Source of the DNA: Candidatus Kerfeldbacteria bacterium
GTDB taxonomy: Bacteria; Patescibacteriota; Patescibacteriia; SBBC01
Direction: 5' to 3'
Assembly (NCBI GenBank): GCA_016207275.1
Contig: JACQPY010000009.1
Span: forward strand, 27,637 to 91,636
DNA: 64,000 nt
Shown one piece after another: positions 17,986-30,546 of the stretch. Position numbers and translations under genes: made by a program. A model generated the notes under the pieces. The model saw only the letters and a list, made by a program, of their open reading frames with translations. It made no database searches and was not told the origin of the DNA. Numbering within the stretch: the first letter of the stretch is position 1; every line of letters begins with the position of its first letter.

Positions 17986-18420
17986 TCACTTCCCCTTCCC
18001 TTTCTCACTCGGCCGATGTTCCTTGGCCAGCACTAAAAAGGCGCTGGTGCTCATCAGCACGCCGACCAGCACGGACAAGAACGAGGTGGCAACGATTTGA
18101 AAAAAGGCGGCGAGGTTGTGAAACCACAAAAATTGAAACAGCGAGGTGGCCGCCCCGACAATCAGGCCGGCGGTCAGGCCCAGGCCGGCCGCATTCCCGA
18201 CCGTGCCGCCGTAGACCCGCGCCGTCGCCACCCCCAGAAAAATCGTCAGCACAATCAAGAAAAACCAGGTCAGCGCCAGGTCCCAACGAGCGGTAGTAAC
18301 AATGATGTTGAGCACAATTGTCACCACCGCCGGCCACTTGACCACTTGGGCGTAGCGGACAATCGACCAGCCGCCGACATAGACCTCGGGCTGCGTGGGT
18401 ACTGATTCGGGTTGCTGCAT
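17986..18420 (-). CDS. Membrane protein, about 4 TM
   Basis: Hydrophobic segments; TATACT just upstream of ATG 18420. Confidence 0.7.
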   Translation of the reverse strand: MQQPESVPTQPEVYVGGWSIVRYAQVVKWPAVVTIVLNIIVTTARWDLALTWFFLIVLTIFLGVATARVYGGTVGNAAGLGLTAGLIVGAATSLFQFLWFHNLAAFFQIVATSFLSVLVGVLMSTSAFLVLAKEHRPSEKGKGK

Positions 18421-18525
18421 GGGACGTTGGTAGTATACCGTCGTCGCACGACGTTGACAACGCACCGAGCAACATGGTAGCGTCTGCCCGACCGCAAACA
18501 CCAACATTGTCCGACCCACGGAGGG

Positions 18526-18912
18526 ATGCTCGTGAACATCTTAGTTGTTATCAATGATGAAGCAGTCGCTGAACTGTACCGACAGAAGCTCGGCGTCGCG
18601 CGCGAACACCAGCTAACGCTCTGCTCGTCGCGCCAAGAAGCACTGGCTCACGCCCGCCGTCAAGCCTTCGATGCCGTCATCGTCCACGGCGACGCCGCTG
18701 ACGCCAAGGGACCGATGGTCATCGTCGCCCTCAAGCAACAGGACGACGCACAGCTGACCATCGGTTTCTGTCCCAATAGCCTGGCGAGGCGTCGCGACTG
18801 GGAGCTGGCTGGCGCCAACGTTGTCCTCGGACCGGAGTTCGACCTGCTCGACCTCCTCAAGGCGCTCGGTGTCCAGTTCCTAGCTCGGCCGCTGTCCCAC
18901 GAGCGGAGATAA
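18526..18912 (+). CDS. Receiver-domain-like protein, atypical
   Basis: ILVVIND...A....FDAVIV...LAGANVVL; receiver fold pattern, canonical phospho-Asp not evident. Confidence 0.6.
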   Translation: MLVNILVVINDEAVAELYRQKLGVAREHQLTLCSSRQEALAHARRQAFDAVIVHGDAADAKGPMVIVALKQQDDAQLTIGFCPNSLARRRDWELAGANVVLGPEFDLLDLLKALGVQFLARPLSHERR

Positions 18913-18923
18913 GGAGGCATGCT

Positions 18924-19341
18924 GTGTCGAATTTTCCCAAGCGGATCTTACTGGTAACAGCCGACCTTCCGTTCGTCGCGGAGTTCGCGCGAACCCTGCA
19001 CGATTACTCCTCAGGCGGCAGTCGCTCAGACTTTAACGTGAGTTGGCTCGAGAACGGCGAGCAGGCCCAGACGCAACTCGGTCTGATCAAGCCGCACGTC
19101 GTCGTGGTGACCGCTGAGCTGAAAGGTTCAGTGCCGGGTCAACGTTTCGTCGGCAACATCGAACCAGAACATCGCCAGGCTGATGGCCGTGGTCGGGGTC
19201 TATGGCCTGGTGCCTGACGACCAGAACATCTGGGACGGCGCCGCGCTGGACGGGCGGCTGCCGGGAGGAAGTTCTTCCGATTTTCCGGCGCTCGTCAACA
19301 CCATCCTGTCCCTCGGCATTTCGATGAGTGCCCGCGAGTAA
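18924..19341 (+). pseudogene. Second receiver-like gene, frameshifted
   Basis: AGGAGG SD; RILLV...KPHVVVV; removing 13 nt at aacatcg-aaccag-aacatcg (~19155-19174) restores a frame ending at 19341. Confidence 0.55.
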
Positions 19342-19363
19342 CCTGTTCGTCGGGACCAAACCT

Positions 19364-19393
19364 ACCCCAGGTCCAGTTCATCGGACCTGGGGT
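19364..19393. terminator. Hairpin between convergent genes
   Basis: ACCCCAGGTCC...GGACCTGGGGT. Confidence 0.6.
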
Positions 19394-19411
19394 GCATCAT
19401 ATTTATTAAAG

Positions 19412-19474
19412 CCCTCTCCTCCCCGCGAAAGCGGGGACCGAGGAGGGGGCGCTTACGGAGTGAGCGGGGGGGAG
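19412..19474. repeat. Palindromic element, 29 bp identical to the insert in uvrC
   Basis: CTCCTCCCCGCGAAAGCGGGGACCGAGGA at 19416-19444 and 29192-29220. Confidence 0.8.
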
Positions 19475-19475
19475 A

Positions 19476-21424
<1,949 letters not shown>

Positions 21425-21469
21425 AACACTCTTAAGTTCCCTTCTAAACATTAGGTTTAAAGGTGATTT

Positions 21470-21496
21470 TTAGCACTCGATAAGGACGAGTGCTAA
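21470..21496. promoter_or_regulatory. CIRCE element (HrcA operator)
   Basis: Perfect TTAGCACTC-N9-GAGTGCTAA upstream of groES. Confidence 0.95.
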
Positions 21497-21504
21497 CTAT
21501 CCAC

Positions 21505-21532
21505 ATTCTAGCAACCGGCCAAAACCTGTCAA
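21505..21532 (-). promoter_or_regulatory. groESL sigma70 promoter
   Basis: TTGACA-16 nt-TAGAAT with extended TG. Confidence 0.75.
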
Positions 21533-21544
21533 GAGCGCCGGCGC

Positions 21545-22294
21545 TCAGGGCGCGGCCTTGCCGTTGACTTCGAGGTAGGTCAGCTCCAGGAGGTACGACG
21601 GCGCATTCCTCTCGCCGCTCGCCGGTGCTGTAGCAGCTACCCGCTGGTCGTCGAACGCCCCGGCGACCAGGTAGCCTTCCAGGCGCAGGTGGTTGCCTGG
21701 TCGTAACCGCTGCAGACGCTGCTGCACCGCGTCGTTGGTGGCCAAGACGCGCACGGCCCCGGCCGCAGTCGCGAAGACCGACGGATCAATTAAAGCATCG
21801 GCTGACGTCACGCGCGTCCCGCCGCTGACTGACGCGACGGTTAACGACTTCAAGCGGACGCTGGCGGCTGGTCCCCAAGCCACCACGACTGTCCGCGGGG
21901 CAAACGGTCCGAGGGGACCGGTCGTGGCGTGGCGACCAAGGGCCAGGGCATCAACGCTCCACAGTGCTTCCCGCGAAAAAAGCGCGGAAACGCCGCCGAC
22001 GTTCATTGACACTGACCCGGCGCCGAGAACCGCTGCCTGCTCGGGGTGATCGCTGACCACAAACTGCTGCTGCCATGGCAACATTCCAAACCAGTCACGG
22101 TACCAGGCGTAACCGACGCCGCCGAGGACAACGATGATCGTCAGTAGGCGAAGTGCGTTTCGCCGCCGGGCAATGCTTCGGATATCGTGGCCGGGTAAGG
22201 CCACTTCGCCGTGCAACAGAAAGCCGCACTGAAAACAACGATAACCAGTGGCTTCCGGCGTGTGATTTTCCGTGCCGCAGCGAGGGCACCTCAT
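21545..22294 (-). CDS. Zinc-ribbon plus TM protein of unknown function
   Basis: CPRCG...CFQCG followed by one TM helix. Confidence 0.7.
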   Translation of the reverse strand: MRCPRCGTENHTPEATGYRCFQCGFLLHGEVALPGHDIRSIARRRNALRLLTIIVVLGGVGYAWYRDWFGMLPWQQQFVVSDHPEQAAVLGAGSVSMNVGGVSALFSREALWSVDALALGRHATTGPLGPFAPRTVVVAWGPAASVRLKSLTVASVSGGTRVTSADALIDPSVFATAAGAVRVLATNDAVQQRLQRLRPGNHLRLEGYLVAGAFDDQRVAATAPASGERNAPSYLLELTYLEVNGKAAP

Positions 22295-22454
22295 CCCGTT
22301 AGAGAGCTAGCTGGTAAAGTATTCATCGGGTATTTCATTGGCAATGAATGAATAGCGGTCTCTCTAACGGGATCATCCCGTTAGAAAGTTAGCTTGATGA
22401 CTTTCACGCATACGAAAACCTATTCATGTTCAGCAGAAGACTTTCTAACGGGAT
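22293..22454. mobile_element. Two tandem MITE-like elements CCCGTTAGA...TCTAACGGG
   Basis: Terminal inverted repeats at 22293-22373 and 22375-22454; TCAT at all three junctions. Confidence 0.75.
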
Positions 22455-23431
22455 CATGGTCGAATTTCAGCCAACCGCTGGTAGAAAGCCTGACGATAAG
22501 CCGCCCGTCGGTCGCGTTCATGAAACTTCAGCACCTCGTCGGTTACCACCACCTCGGTCGTACCGGCTGACCGGCGGCTCTCTTGTTTACCGCTCATCAC
22601 CAAAAGCTGCAAACGCTTAGCCAACCACTCGGTCAGTGCGCCGAGCGGCGTTGACAGTAGCGATTCCGGCACGGCGCGGACAAGCGGCGTGATCAGTCCA
22701 TTACCGAAGCGTGGGCTCGGCGTACCGATCAGGCCGTGCGGCAGACGATCGACCACCCAACGGTTGGCTCGTTTGAACGCTTCCCAGCGGCCGCCGCGAT
22801 CGAACAGTGGCACCACTTGAGCAGTCCAGTAGGTCAGGTACACGTCGTCGTCATCGCCGGCCAGCCGCAGCGAGTCAAGGTCGAGCGCGGCCTCACTGAC
22901 GTAGAAGCTCAAGCAGATGCGATCGGTTACGCGCAAACCGTGCCGACGGATTCCCAACAAACTGACGACCAGCGTCACCAGTAACCTCGTCAACCATAAC
23001 CGATTGCGGCCAGCGACAATGAACAAATCAATGTCGCTCTCCGGGCGGGCGTTGTCTAAGGCCAAGGTGTTTACCACCCCAATGAATTGGACGAACGGGA
23101 CCAATCGCAAGAACCGGGCCGCCAGCTCGGCGCGTCGCCACTTGCGTTCGTTAGCCGCATGTCGTTCCAGGCGCGTCGCCACAATCCTTGAGCGTCCGCG
23201 CCGGGTAATGAACTCGCCAGCTCGATCAACCACCGCCGCGCGCTCGAGCGCCTGGACTGCCCGCTCCACGTCAGCTGGCGTCGCCCTCGTGATTGACTCC
23301 CAGTCCCTCGAATCAGCCAGGTATAACCAGCGCCACAACTCTTCCACCCGGAGCGGGTAGTCAAAGACGTCGTGGTAGGCGAGGGCCGCAATAACCGCTT
23401 GTTCCAGTGGACTCAGTAAACGACTGGGCAT
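22454..23431 (-). CDS. Nucleotidyltransferase-like protein
   Basis: YHDVFDYPL; VNTLA...SDIDLFIV (DxD); KFH..DRR. Confidence 0.7.
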   Translation of the reverse strand: MPSRLLSPLEQAVIAALAYHDVFDYPLRVEELWRWLYLADSRDWESITRATPADVERAVQALERAAVVDRAGEFITRRGRSRIVATRLERHAANERKWRRAELAARFLRLVPFVQFIGVVNTLALDNARPESDIDLFIVAGRNRLWLTRLLVTLVVSLLGIRRHGLRVTDRICLSFYVSEAALDLDSLRLAGDDDDVYLTYWTAQVVPLFDRGGRWEAFKRANRWVVDRLPHGLIGTPSPRFGNGLITPLVRAVPESLLSTPLGALTEWLAKRLQLLVMSGKQESRRSAGTTEVVVTDEVLKFHERDRRAAYRQAFYQRLAEIRP

Positions 23432-23474
23432 ACCTAATGGGCAGTGTACTCCAGGCGCGGCTGATCCTCCAGGC

Positions 23475-26462
23475 CTAGCGCACGGCTACCCGTTTCTTGG
23501 CGTTGCTCTTTTTGGTCAGGACTCTGACTGACGGCGGCACAACCGATTTGAGGTACTGACCAGTATACGAGCTGCCGACTCGAGCCACCGCCGTTGGCGT
23601 TCCGGTGGCCACGATATCCCCTCCTTTATCCCCGCCTTCCGGTCCGAGATCAATAATCCAGTCGGCGCACTTAATCACCTCGAGGTTGTGCTCAATGACC
23701 AGCACCGTATTTCCTTTGTCGACCAGCTGGTTGACGACGCCCAGCAGCCGCTTGACATCGTCAAAGTGCAGGCCGGTCGTCGGTTCATCGAGGATGTACA
23801 ACGTCCGACCAGTCGCCCGGCGCGACAACTCGGCGGCCAGCTTGACCCGTTGCGCTTCGCCGCCCGACAGGGTGGTCGCCGGTTGTCCGAGGTGGATGTA
23901 GCCCAGGCCAACGTCGAACAGGGTTTTCAGCTTCTGGTGAATGGCCGGAATGTGTTCGAAAAACTTCATCGCTTCTTCAACGGTCATGTCGAGGGCGTCG
24001 GCAATGCTCTTGCCTTTGTAGAGAATCTCCAGCGCCTGTGAATTATACCGCTGACCTTTGCACTCTTCGCACTCAACGTAGACGTCGGGGAGGAAGTGCA
24101 TTTCAATTCGGACTACGCCGTCGCCTTCGCAGGCTTCACAGCGGCCGCCTTTGACGTTAAACGAGAAGCGACCCGGTCCGTAGCCGCGGATGCGCGCTTC
24201 CGGTACCTGGGTGAACAGGTCACGAATGTAGGTGAAGACGCCAGTGTAGGTGGCTGGATTCGACCGCGGCGTTCGGCCGATCGGCGACTGATCAATGTCA
24301 ATGACCTTGTCGAGGTGCTGCAGCCCGACAATTTCCTTATGCTTAGCGGGCAGGTCCTTCGCCCCGTAGAAATGGGCGTTGAGCGCCTTAGCCAGGATTT
24401 CGGTCATCAAGGTTGACTTGCCAGAACCAGAGACGCCGGTAATGCAGACAAACTTGCCCAAGGGGAAAGCAACGTCGATGTTTTTGAGGTTGAAGGCGGA
24501 CGCGCCTTTGATGGTTAGGACCTTGCCGTTCCCCGGCCGGTACGATTTCGGCGGGTCAATCCGCAACTTGCCGGTCAGGTATCTGCCGGTCAGCGAATCC
24601 GCGTTCGCCATGATTGCTTTAGGGCCACCTTGGGCGACGACCTCGCCGCCGTGTTCGCCGGCACCGGGACCGATGTCAACAACTTCGTCGGCTTCGAGGA
24701 TGGTGTTTTCGTCATGCTCAACGACGATCACCGTGTTGCCCAGGTCGCGGAGCCGCTTGAGCGTGGCGATCAGCTTGTCGTTGTCCCGCTGGTGCAGGCC
24801 GATCGACGGTTCATCCAAGATATACAGGACGCCAACCAAGGACGAACCGATCTGTGTCGCCAGCCGAATGCGCTGGGCTTCGCCGCCGGCCAGCGTCGAA
24901 GCACTGCGGTCGAGGGTCAGATAGTCGAGTCCGACGTTGTGCAGGAACTGCAGGCGGCTGCGGATCTCCTTCAAAATTTGATGGCTGATTTTCTGATCAC
25001 GTTCCGACAACCGGACGCTCGGGTCTTTTGCCTTGGGGTTGCCGAGGTGGTCAAAGAACTCCATCGCCTGCTCGATGGTCAAAGCCGCGACCTCGGCAAT
25101 GTTCTGACCGCCGACGGTGACCGACAACGCTTCGGGCTTCAAGCGCTTACCGACACAGCGCTGGCAAGGGAAAACGCGCATGTACCGTTCGATTTCGGCC
25201 CGCATGTATTCCGACTCGGTCTCGCGGTAGCGCCGCATCAGGTTGGGAATCACCCCTTCGTAGGTCGTGTAGAACTCGCGGACTTTGCCCAGGCCGGACG
25301 AGTTGTTGACGTCGTACATGGCCTCACCCGTACCGTAGAACACCGTTTCGAGCGCCTTCTTCGGCAGCTTCTCGACCGGTTCGTCCAACGAGAATTTATG
25401 CTGGCGGGCGACAGCTTCGAGCACCCGGTAGTACCAGGTCTGACTCGAACTGGTCCGCGACCACGGGCGGATCGCGCCTTCGGCAATGGTCAGTCGCTTG
25501 TTCGGAATGACCAGATCTGAATCAACTTCCAGCCGCGTACCCAGGCCGGTACACTCAGGGCAAGCGCCGTGCGGTGAGTTGAAAGAAAAGGTCCGCGGTT
25601 CCAGGTCAGGTAGGTTCGTGCCGTCGTACGAGCAGGCAAAGTGCTCGCTGAACATCAACTGGTCGCCCGCCGGTACCAGTTCCGTGCCTTGCGACTTGAG
25701 CTTTTGAATGAAGACCAAGCCCTCGCCAAGCTTGAGGGCCGATTCAACTGAATCATAAAGTCTCGTTTTTTCCGAGTCCTGTTCTTTCTCCTCGGCGTCT
25801 TCGCCAATGGTCAAGCGGTCGACCACAACTTCAATTCTATGCTTCTTCTGTTTGTCGACTTTCAGGTCCTCGGCTTCGTCCACCGAGTAGATTACGTTGT
25901 CAAAACGAACGCGGACGTAGCCGGCCTTTCTCACTTCGGCGATTAAATTTTTGTGCTCGCCCTTCTGGTCGCGAACGACCGGCGCTAAAATCACGATCTT
26001 GGTGCCCGTCGGCAGCCGTCGAATGTTTTCGACAATCTGCTCGACCGTCTGCTTCGACACCACCCGGCCGCACTTCGGACAGTGGGGAATGCCGATTCGG
26101 GCGAACAGCAAGCGCAGATAATCGTAAATCTCCGTGACCGTGCCGACGGTTGAGCGCGGGTTGTGGGTGGTTGACTTCTGGTCAATTGAGATGGCTGGGC
26201 TGAGTCCCTCTATTTGGTCGACGTCCGGCTTGTCCATCAACCCCAAGAACTGCCGGGCGTAGGCGGACAGCGATTCGACGTAGCGACGTTGACCCTCGGC
26301 GTAGATGGTATCGAACGCCAAAGACGACTTGCCCGAACCGGACAAGCCCGTAAAAACGATGAGTTTATTTCGCGGCAGCTCCAGGCTGATGTTCTTCAGG
26401 TTGTGCACGCGGGCGCCGCGGATGACGATTTTGTCCGGCGAGTTTTGCTTTGTCAAAGCCAT
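23475..26462 (-). CDS. uvrA: Excinuclease ABC subunit A
   Basis: GARVHNLKN, two Walker A (SGSGKS), zinc fingers, LSGGEAQR. Confidence 0.98.
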   Translation of the reverse strand: MALTKQNSPDKIVIRGARVHNLKNISLELPRNKLIVFTGLSGSGKSSLAFDTIYAEGQRRYVESLSAYARQFLGLMDKPDVDQIEGLSPAISIDQKSTTHNPRSTVGTVTEIYDYLRLLFARIGIPHCPKCGRVVSKQTVEQIVENIRRLPTGTKIVILAPVVRDQKGEHKNLIAEVRKAGYVRVRFDNVIYSVDEAEDLKVDKQKKHRIEVVVDRLTIGEDAEEKEQDSEKTRLYDSVESALKLGEGLVFIQKLKSQGTELVPAGDQLMFSEHFACSYDGTNLPDLEPRTFSFNSPHGACPECTGLGTRLEVDSDLVIPNKRLTIAEGAIRPWSRTSSSQTWYYRVLEAVARQHKFSLDEPVEKLPKKALETVFYGTGEAMYDVNNSSGLGKVREFYTTYEGVIPNLMRRYRETESEYMRAEIERYMRVFPCQRCVGKRLKPEALSVTVGGQNIAEVAALTIEQAMEFFDHLGNPKAKDPSVRLSERDQKISHQILKEIRSRLQFLHNVGLDYLTLDRSASTLAGGEAQRIRLATQIGSSLVGVLYILDEPSIGLHQRDNDKLIATLKRLRDLGNTVIVVEHDENTILEADEVVDIGPGAGEHGGEVVAQGGPKAIMANADSLTGRYLTGKLRIDPPKSYRPGNGKVLTIKGASAFNLKNIDVAFPLGKFVCITGVSGSGKSTLMTEILAKALNAHFYGAKDLPAKHKEIVGLQHLDKVIDIDQSPIGRTPRSNPATYTGVFTYIRDLFTQVPEARIRGYGPGRFSFNVKGGRCEACEGDGVVRIEMHFLPDVYVECEECKGQRYNSQALEILYKGKSIADALDMTVEEAMKFFEHIPAIHQKLKTLFDVGLGYIHLGQPATTLSGGEAQRVKLAAELSRRATGRTLYILDEPTTGLHFDDVKRLLGVVNQLVDKGNTVLVIEHNLEVIKCADWIIDLGPEGGDKGGDIVATGTPTAVARVGSSYTGQYLKSVVPPSVRVLTKKSNAKKRVAVR

Positions 26463-26645
26463 AAAAAGCGTGAAGCTGAAGCAGTATACACCCCTTGTCA
26501 AGAAGGGTCAAGATACGCCTCCCATCTTCGAGGGGAGGGGAGGAAGTCCCGACGCGCTTCGCGGTCGGGACGACGGAGAGGGGTTATACTATCCCCCTGG
26601 ATCCAGCGCCTTTCACAAAAGGTGCTGGAGACGGGAGGGGGTCAA

Positions 26646-26721
26646 CCCCGTTAGAGAGCCGCTTGAAAACACAATACTAAGGATTAAACACACGCTCAAT
26701 ACAAAGGACTCTCTAACGGGG
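26646..26721. mobile_element. MITE-like element CCCCGTTAGAGAG...CTCTCTAACGGGG
   Basis: 13-bp TIR flanked by a TCAA direct repeat; same family as 22293-22454. Confidence 0.75.
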
Positions 26722-26848
26722 TCAAGCCCTATAGCATGAACCCCCGAACGCATAACGCCCGGGGGTCTGAAAAGGATTCAATTGATAACGATCGCTGACC
26801 ACCACCTTACGTTTAATCACCTCCTGATGAACCTGATGTTCACCTCCT

Positions 26849-26971
26849 TCACGGATCACTCGGTTCATGATCGTCCGGCCCGAACACCAGCTCGAGCAGA
26901 AAAACCCCGACTATCGCCAGGATTTCCCAGGATGTGCGCCACAGACCAAAACGACGCCTGGCAAAGCTCAT
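26849..26971 (-). CDS. Putative 40-aa membrane peptide
   Basis: MSFARRRFGLWRTSWEILAIVGVFLLELVFGPDD...; GAGGTG upstream. Confidence 0.4.
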   Translation of the reverse strand: MSFARRRFGLWRTSWEILAIVGVFLLELVFGPDDHEPSDP

Positions 26972-27021
26972 TACCACGGCCCACCTCTCTTTCTCTTTCT
27001 CTTGATCCTCCCCTACCAGTA

Positions 27022-27168
27022 CTATTCAAGGTCGATCGTTTTCACGAATTCCTTGGTTCGGTGCGGATGCAGCAGGAACGAAACCGCCAGCAACATCGCC
27101 AGAAAGATAACGTAGGCGTACCCCCGGAGAATATCTCCAACCTTCGTCTGGTCGTGATGGGTCGTCAT
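27022..27168 (-). CDS. Putative 48-aa membrane peptide
   Basis: AGGAG SD 7 nt upstream; YVIFLAMLLAVSFLL. Confidence 0.45.
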   Translation of the reverse strand: MTTHHDQTKVGDILRGYAYVIFLAMLLAVSFLLHPHRTKEFVKTIDLE

Positions 27169-27186
27169 CGCTCATCTCCTTCAGAC

Positions 27187-27420
27187 CTACAACGCCGGCT
27201 GTTCGTCGGAGATAGAAACGGACACCTCTTCTGTACAGCGGTCGCAGCCGTAAACCGCCGCCTCCTGTCCCCTAACTATCCGGTTGCCCCGGTACTTCAA
27301 CCTTCCGCGGCACGTTTCATCCGGGCACGGATCGAGCAGCGACCGAAAGAATCGTCGAATCCCCCAGCCAACGAGGATAACGGCAACGACCAGAATGGTT
27401 AAACCAATTTTCCACCACAC
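27187..27420 (-). CDS. Small TM plus zinc-ribbon protein
   Basis: N-terminal TM; CPDETC...CDRC; GAGG SD. Confidence 0.6.
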   Translation of the reverse strand: MWWKIGLTILVVAVILVGWGIRRFFRSLLDPCPDETCRGRLKYRGNRIVRGQEAAVYGCDRCTEEVSVSISDEQPAL

Positions 27421-27444
27421 GACTAACCTCTTTGTTGTTGGTGT

Positions 27445-27678
27445 TCAGGATGGCTGTCCCGAACACTGATCCACATCGCGATCGCCGATGCGCCACCAGG
27501 TGAACAGTAGTGCCCCGAAGGGTAGGCCGATGAATAGAACAGAAGCGATCCGCTGGACAACGGCGAGCGCGCCGATGACCGCAAGAACGACGACGATGGC
27601 TACTGTGCCAATCACGTATCCAATCATTTTCAAAGGGCACCTCCCTGTCGAGCACTTCATCCACGACGCCTGCTTCAC
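27445..27678 (-). CDS. Small 2-TM membrane protein, start uncertain
   Basis: Two hydrophobic segments; GGAGGTG before an internal TTG/ATG. Confidence 0.5.
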   Translation of the reverse strand: MKQASWMKCSTGRCPLKMIGYVIGTVAIVVVLAVIGALAVVQRIASVLFIGLPFGALLFTWWRIGDRDVDQCSGQPS

Positions 27679-27846
27679 CGTTTCGACGCTTGCGGTATAC
27701 TCTTGTTATTACTGTTCGTCAAGCACTGACGCGGGCTGCAACATATTCCCCTCCTAGCGTAGGCGGGGACGTCACGAAGTGACGGGGCAGGCACGAAAAC
27801 CAACACCAACAAAATCTACCGTTTTCCTCCGTGCTATACTTTTGCC

Positions 27847-29688
27847 GTGCCAACGACAGCAAAATTCCGTTCCGCCCTGACCAAGCTACCCCGCCAACCC
27901 GGCGTCTACTTATTTAAAGATGACACTGACGCCGTCCTCTACGTTGGCAAGGCGAAATCTCTCAAACCACGCGTCCGCAGTTACTTTCAGCGCTCGGCCT
28001 CACTCGATCCAGCCAAACGGGTCATGGTCAATCGCGTGGCCGACCTTGAATACATCATCGTTGACTCCGAAATCGAAGCGCTGCTGCTTGAGTCCACGCT
28101 GATCAAGAAGTACCGTCCGCCGTACAACGTCATCTTTACCGACGACAAATACTACCAGTACATCCGCCTGACGCTCAAAGACGACTTCCCGCGGGTCGAT
28201 ACTGTTCGTCGGATCACTAAAGACGGCAGTCGCTACTTCGGCCCGTTTACCTCCAATTACGCCCTCAAGCAAACGCTCAAGTTGCTCAAACGAATTTTCC
28301 CGTTTCGCAGCTGCACTGAACCAGCCGACCGTCTTTGTTTTGACGCTCGACTGGGCCGCTGCCTGGGCCATGACTTCGGGCCGAACAGCCGCCAGCGGTA
28401 TGCCGACGTCATCCGCGGACTGATTCGGTTTCTGGAAGGCGACGTAACCAGCACGCTCCGCGACCTCAAGCAGGAAATGCAGGAGGCGGCGGCCAAGCGC
28501 GAATTCGAGCTGGCCGCCCGGTTGCGCGACCGAGTCTACGCCATTCAAAAAGTTGTCGCCGAGCAGAAGGTCGTTTCCACCAAGCTGGAAAACGAAGACT
28601 ACCTCGGCCTGGCCCGGGTGGCTGATCTAACCACGGTGGTCGTTTTTCAAGTTCGGCTGGGCAAGCTGCTCAACCGGTCGACCGTCATGCTCCAGCACAC
28701 CGAAGGAACGTCCGACACCGACGTGCTGGCCTCGTTCATCAGTCAGTACTACGCCCAGTCGACCGACCACCCGCGCACCGTCGTCACCCGTTTACTGCCA
28801 ACTGACAGCACCACGCTTGGCCGCGCCCTGCAGCTCCGGATTGAAGCGCCCAACCGCGGTCGGCGGCGCAAGTTAGTGCGGCTGGCCGAGTCAAACGCCA
28901 AAGACTACCTCGAACGCAAACAGCGCGAGTGGTTGTCCAAAGAAGCCCGCGCCAAGCTCGGCTTGGCAGAGCTGCAACACGCTCTCCTGCTAACCGAGCC
29001 GCCTGATCGCATCGAATGCTACGACATCTCCAATGTCCAGGGTACGAACGCCGTCGGCTCGCTGGTGGTGTTCGAACGCGGGTTGCCGAAGAAATCGGAC
29101 TACAAGAAGTTTCGCATCAAGACCGTGGCCGGCGCTAACGACTACGCCATGCTGCAGGAGGTCCTAAAACGACGGTTTGAAGGCCATTCCCCTCCTCCCC
29201 GCGAAAGCGGGGACCGAGGAAGGGACACGGCGAAGCCGAGGGGAGGAGTCGCAAAGCGACAGGAGGGGTGGGAGAATCCCGACCTCATCATCATCGACGG
29301 CGGCAAGGGCCAGCTCAACGCATCATTGGTCATCCTGAGGAATCTCAGGATCTCAATTCCCACCATCGGCTTAGCCAAACGCGAAGAAGAAATCTTCCGG
29401 CCGGGACAAAAAGACTCAATCAAGTTATCGAAGGATTCCGAAGGCTTGTTCCTGGTTCAGCGCATCCGCGACGAAGCGCACCGTTTTGCCATCGGCTACT
29501 ACCGGAAGCGGCACGGCACCGCCACCACCACATCGCTGCTTGACGAAGTGCCGGGCATCGGACCGACGACGAAGCGTCTCCTCCTCCAGCGCTTCGGAAG
29601 CATTGAGCACATCCGAGCTGCGGAGGACGCAGTGCTCGAAGAGCTCATCGGAAAGAAAAGGACGGAACTCCTTCGTCAGTACCTCTAG
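27847..29688 (+). CDS. uvrC: Excinuclease ABC subunit C
   Basis: PGVY...YVGKAK GIY-YIG, IECYDISN, IDGGKGQL, RDEAHRFA, HhH. Confidence 0.97.
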   Translation: MPTTAKFRSALTKLPRQPGVYLFKDDTDAVLYVGKAKSLKPRVRSYFQRSASLDPAKRVMVNRVADLEYIIVDSEIEALLLESTLIKKYRPPYNVIFTDDKYYQYIRLTLKDDFPRVDTVRRITKDGSRYFGPFTSNYALKQTLKLLKRIFPFRSCTEPADRLCFDARLGRCLGHDFGPNSRQRYADVIRGLIRFLEGDVTSTLRDLKQEMQEAAAKREFELAARLRDRVYAIQKVVAEQKVVSTKLENEDYLGLARVADLTTVVVFQVRLGKLLNRSTVMLQHTEGTSDTDVLASFISQYYAQSTDHPRTVVTRLLPTDSTTLGRALQLRIEAPNRGRRRKLVRLAESNAKDYLERKQREWLSKEARAKLGLAELQHALLLTEPPDRIECYDISNVQGTNAVGSLVVFERGLPKKSDYKKFRIKTVAGANDYAMLQEVLKRRFEGHSPPPRESGDRGRDTAKPRGGVAKRQEGWENPDLIIIDGGKGQLNASLVILRNLRISIPTIGLAKREEEIFRPGQKDSIKLSKDSEGLFLVQRIRDEAHRFAIGYYRKRHGTATTTSLLDEVPGIGPTTKRLLLQRFGSIEHIRAAEDAVLEELIGKKRTELLRQYL

Positions 29689-29744
29689 AACAAACGCGCG
29701 GTCTCCCGCGCGTTGTGCTTGAACTCACGATGAGATTGTCGTAC

Positions 29745-30350
29745 TCACTTCAGGAGTTTGAAGCTCTTGACGAATGCCGTAAAGTTCTTCGCGAAGGGAT
29801 TCTTCGACATCGTACTACCCGTGTACACCCAAAGTTCCTGGACCATGTAGGCGGTGGTTTTATTTTTGGTCATAATCACGACGTTGACCACGATCTTCGC
29901 CCCCTGTTGCTCGGCGGTGGCGGAAACCTTGGTGGCCGTGAATCCCGACTTCTTGTACGATTTCGAACTCAACGAGGAGGGACTGAGCGTGCCCCTCAAT
30001 TCCTCAAGCACGGCGTTGATGAACCCGGTCCAGTCCTTATCCTCAAGCGCATTCTCTTCATCGCCGGTCAGGGGATCAGCTTTCGTCCCCAGTCTAGCCA
30101 CCCGCAGCTGGTACGCCGCTCCCTTCTTAAGATATTCACCGGCCTTCTTCTTAGTCGGCGAGAGCTCAATGTAGCAACCGCTCGACCCGCAGCTCGCCTT
30201 ACTTTTTACTAAGGTGTTCGGGTAGGAAAAGGAAAACTGCTTGTTGGAAAACGTTTTGGTTGTGGTGGCTGCTAAAACCGGCGCGCTCCAGTAGGCGATA
30301 AAGAGCGCCATCACCGCGATAACGGCAACGGTTCGTTTAAGATAGTGCAT
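29745..30350 (-). CDS. Secreted Lys-rich protein (PsbP-like start FSFSYP)
   Basis: Signal peptide ending VLA; FSNKQFSFSYP. Confidence 0.6.
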   Translation of the reverse strand: MHYLKRTVAVIAVMALFIAYWSAPVLAATTTKTFSNKQFSFSYPNTLVKSKASCGSSGCYIELSPTKKKAGEYLKKGAAYQLRVARLGTKADPLTGDEENALEDKDWTGFINAVLEELRGTLSPSSLSSKSYKKSGFTATKVSATAEQQGAKIVVNVVIMTKNKTTAYMVQELWVYTGSTMSKNPFAKNFTAFVKSFKLLK

Positions 30351-30546
30351 ATATAGTTTGATTATAATGATAATACCCACTTTCAGTATACAGGAACACG
30401 GACAAAGCGCACATCAAGAGAATCGTCAAAAAAGATACGTCTAAAAGCAAATAGCCCTGGGTCACTCGCCGAGACGTGTAGTCTCAGAGAATGCCCAGGG
30501 CCGATGTCAGGCGAGGTGCAGAGGCGGGATTACCGCCGGTCGGGCA

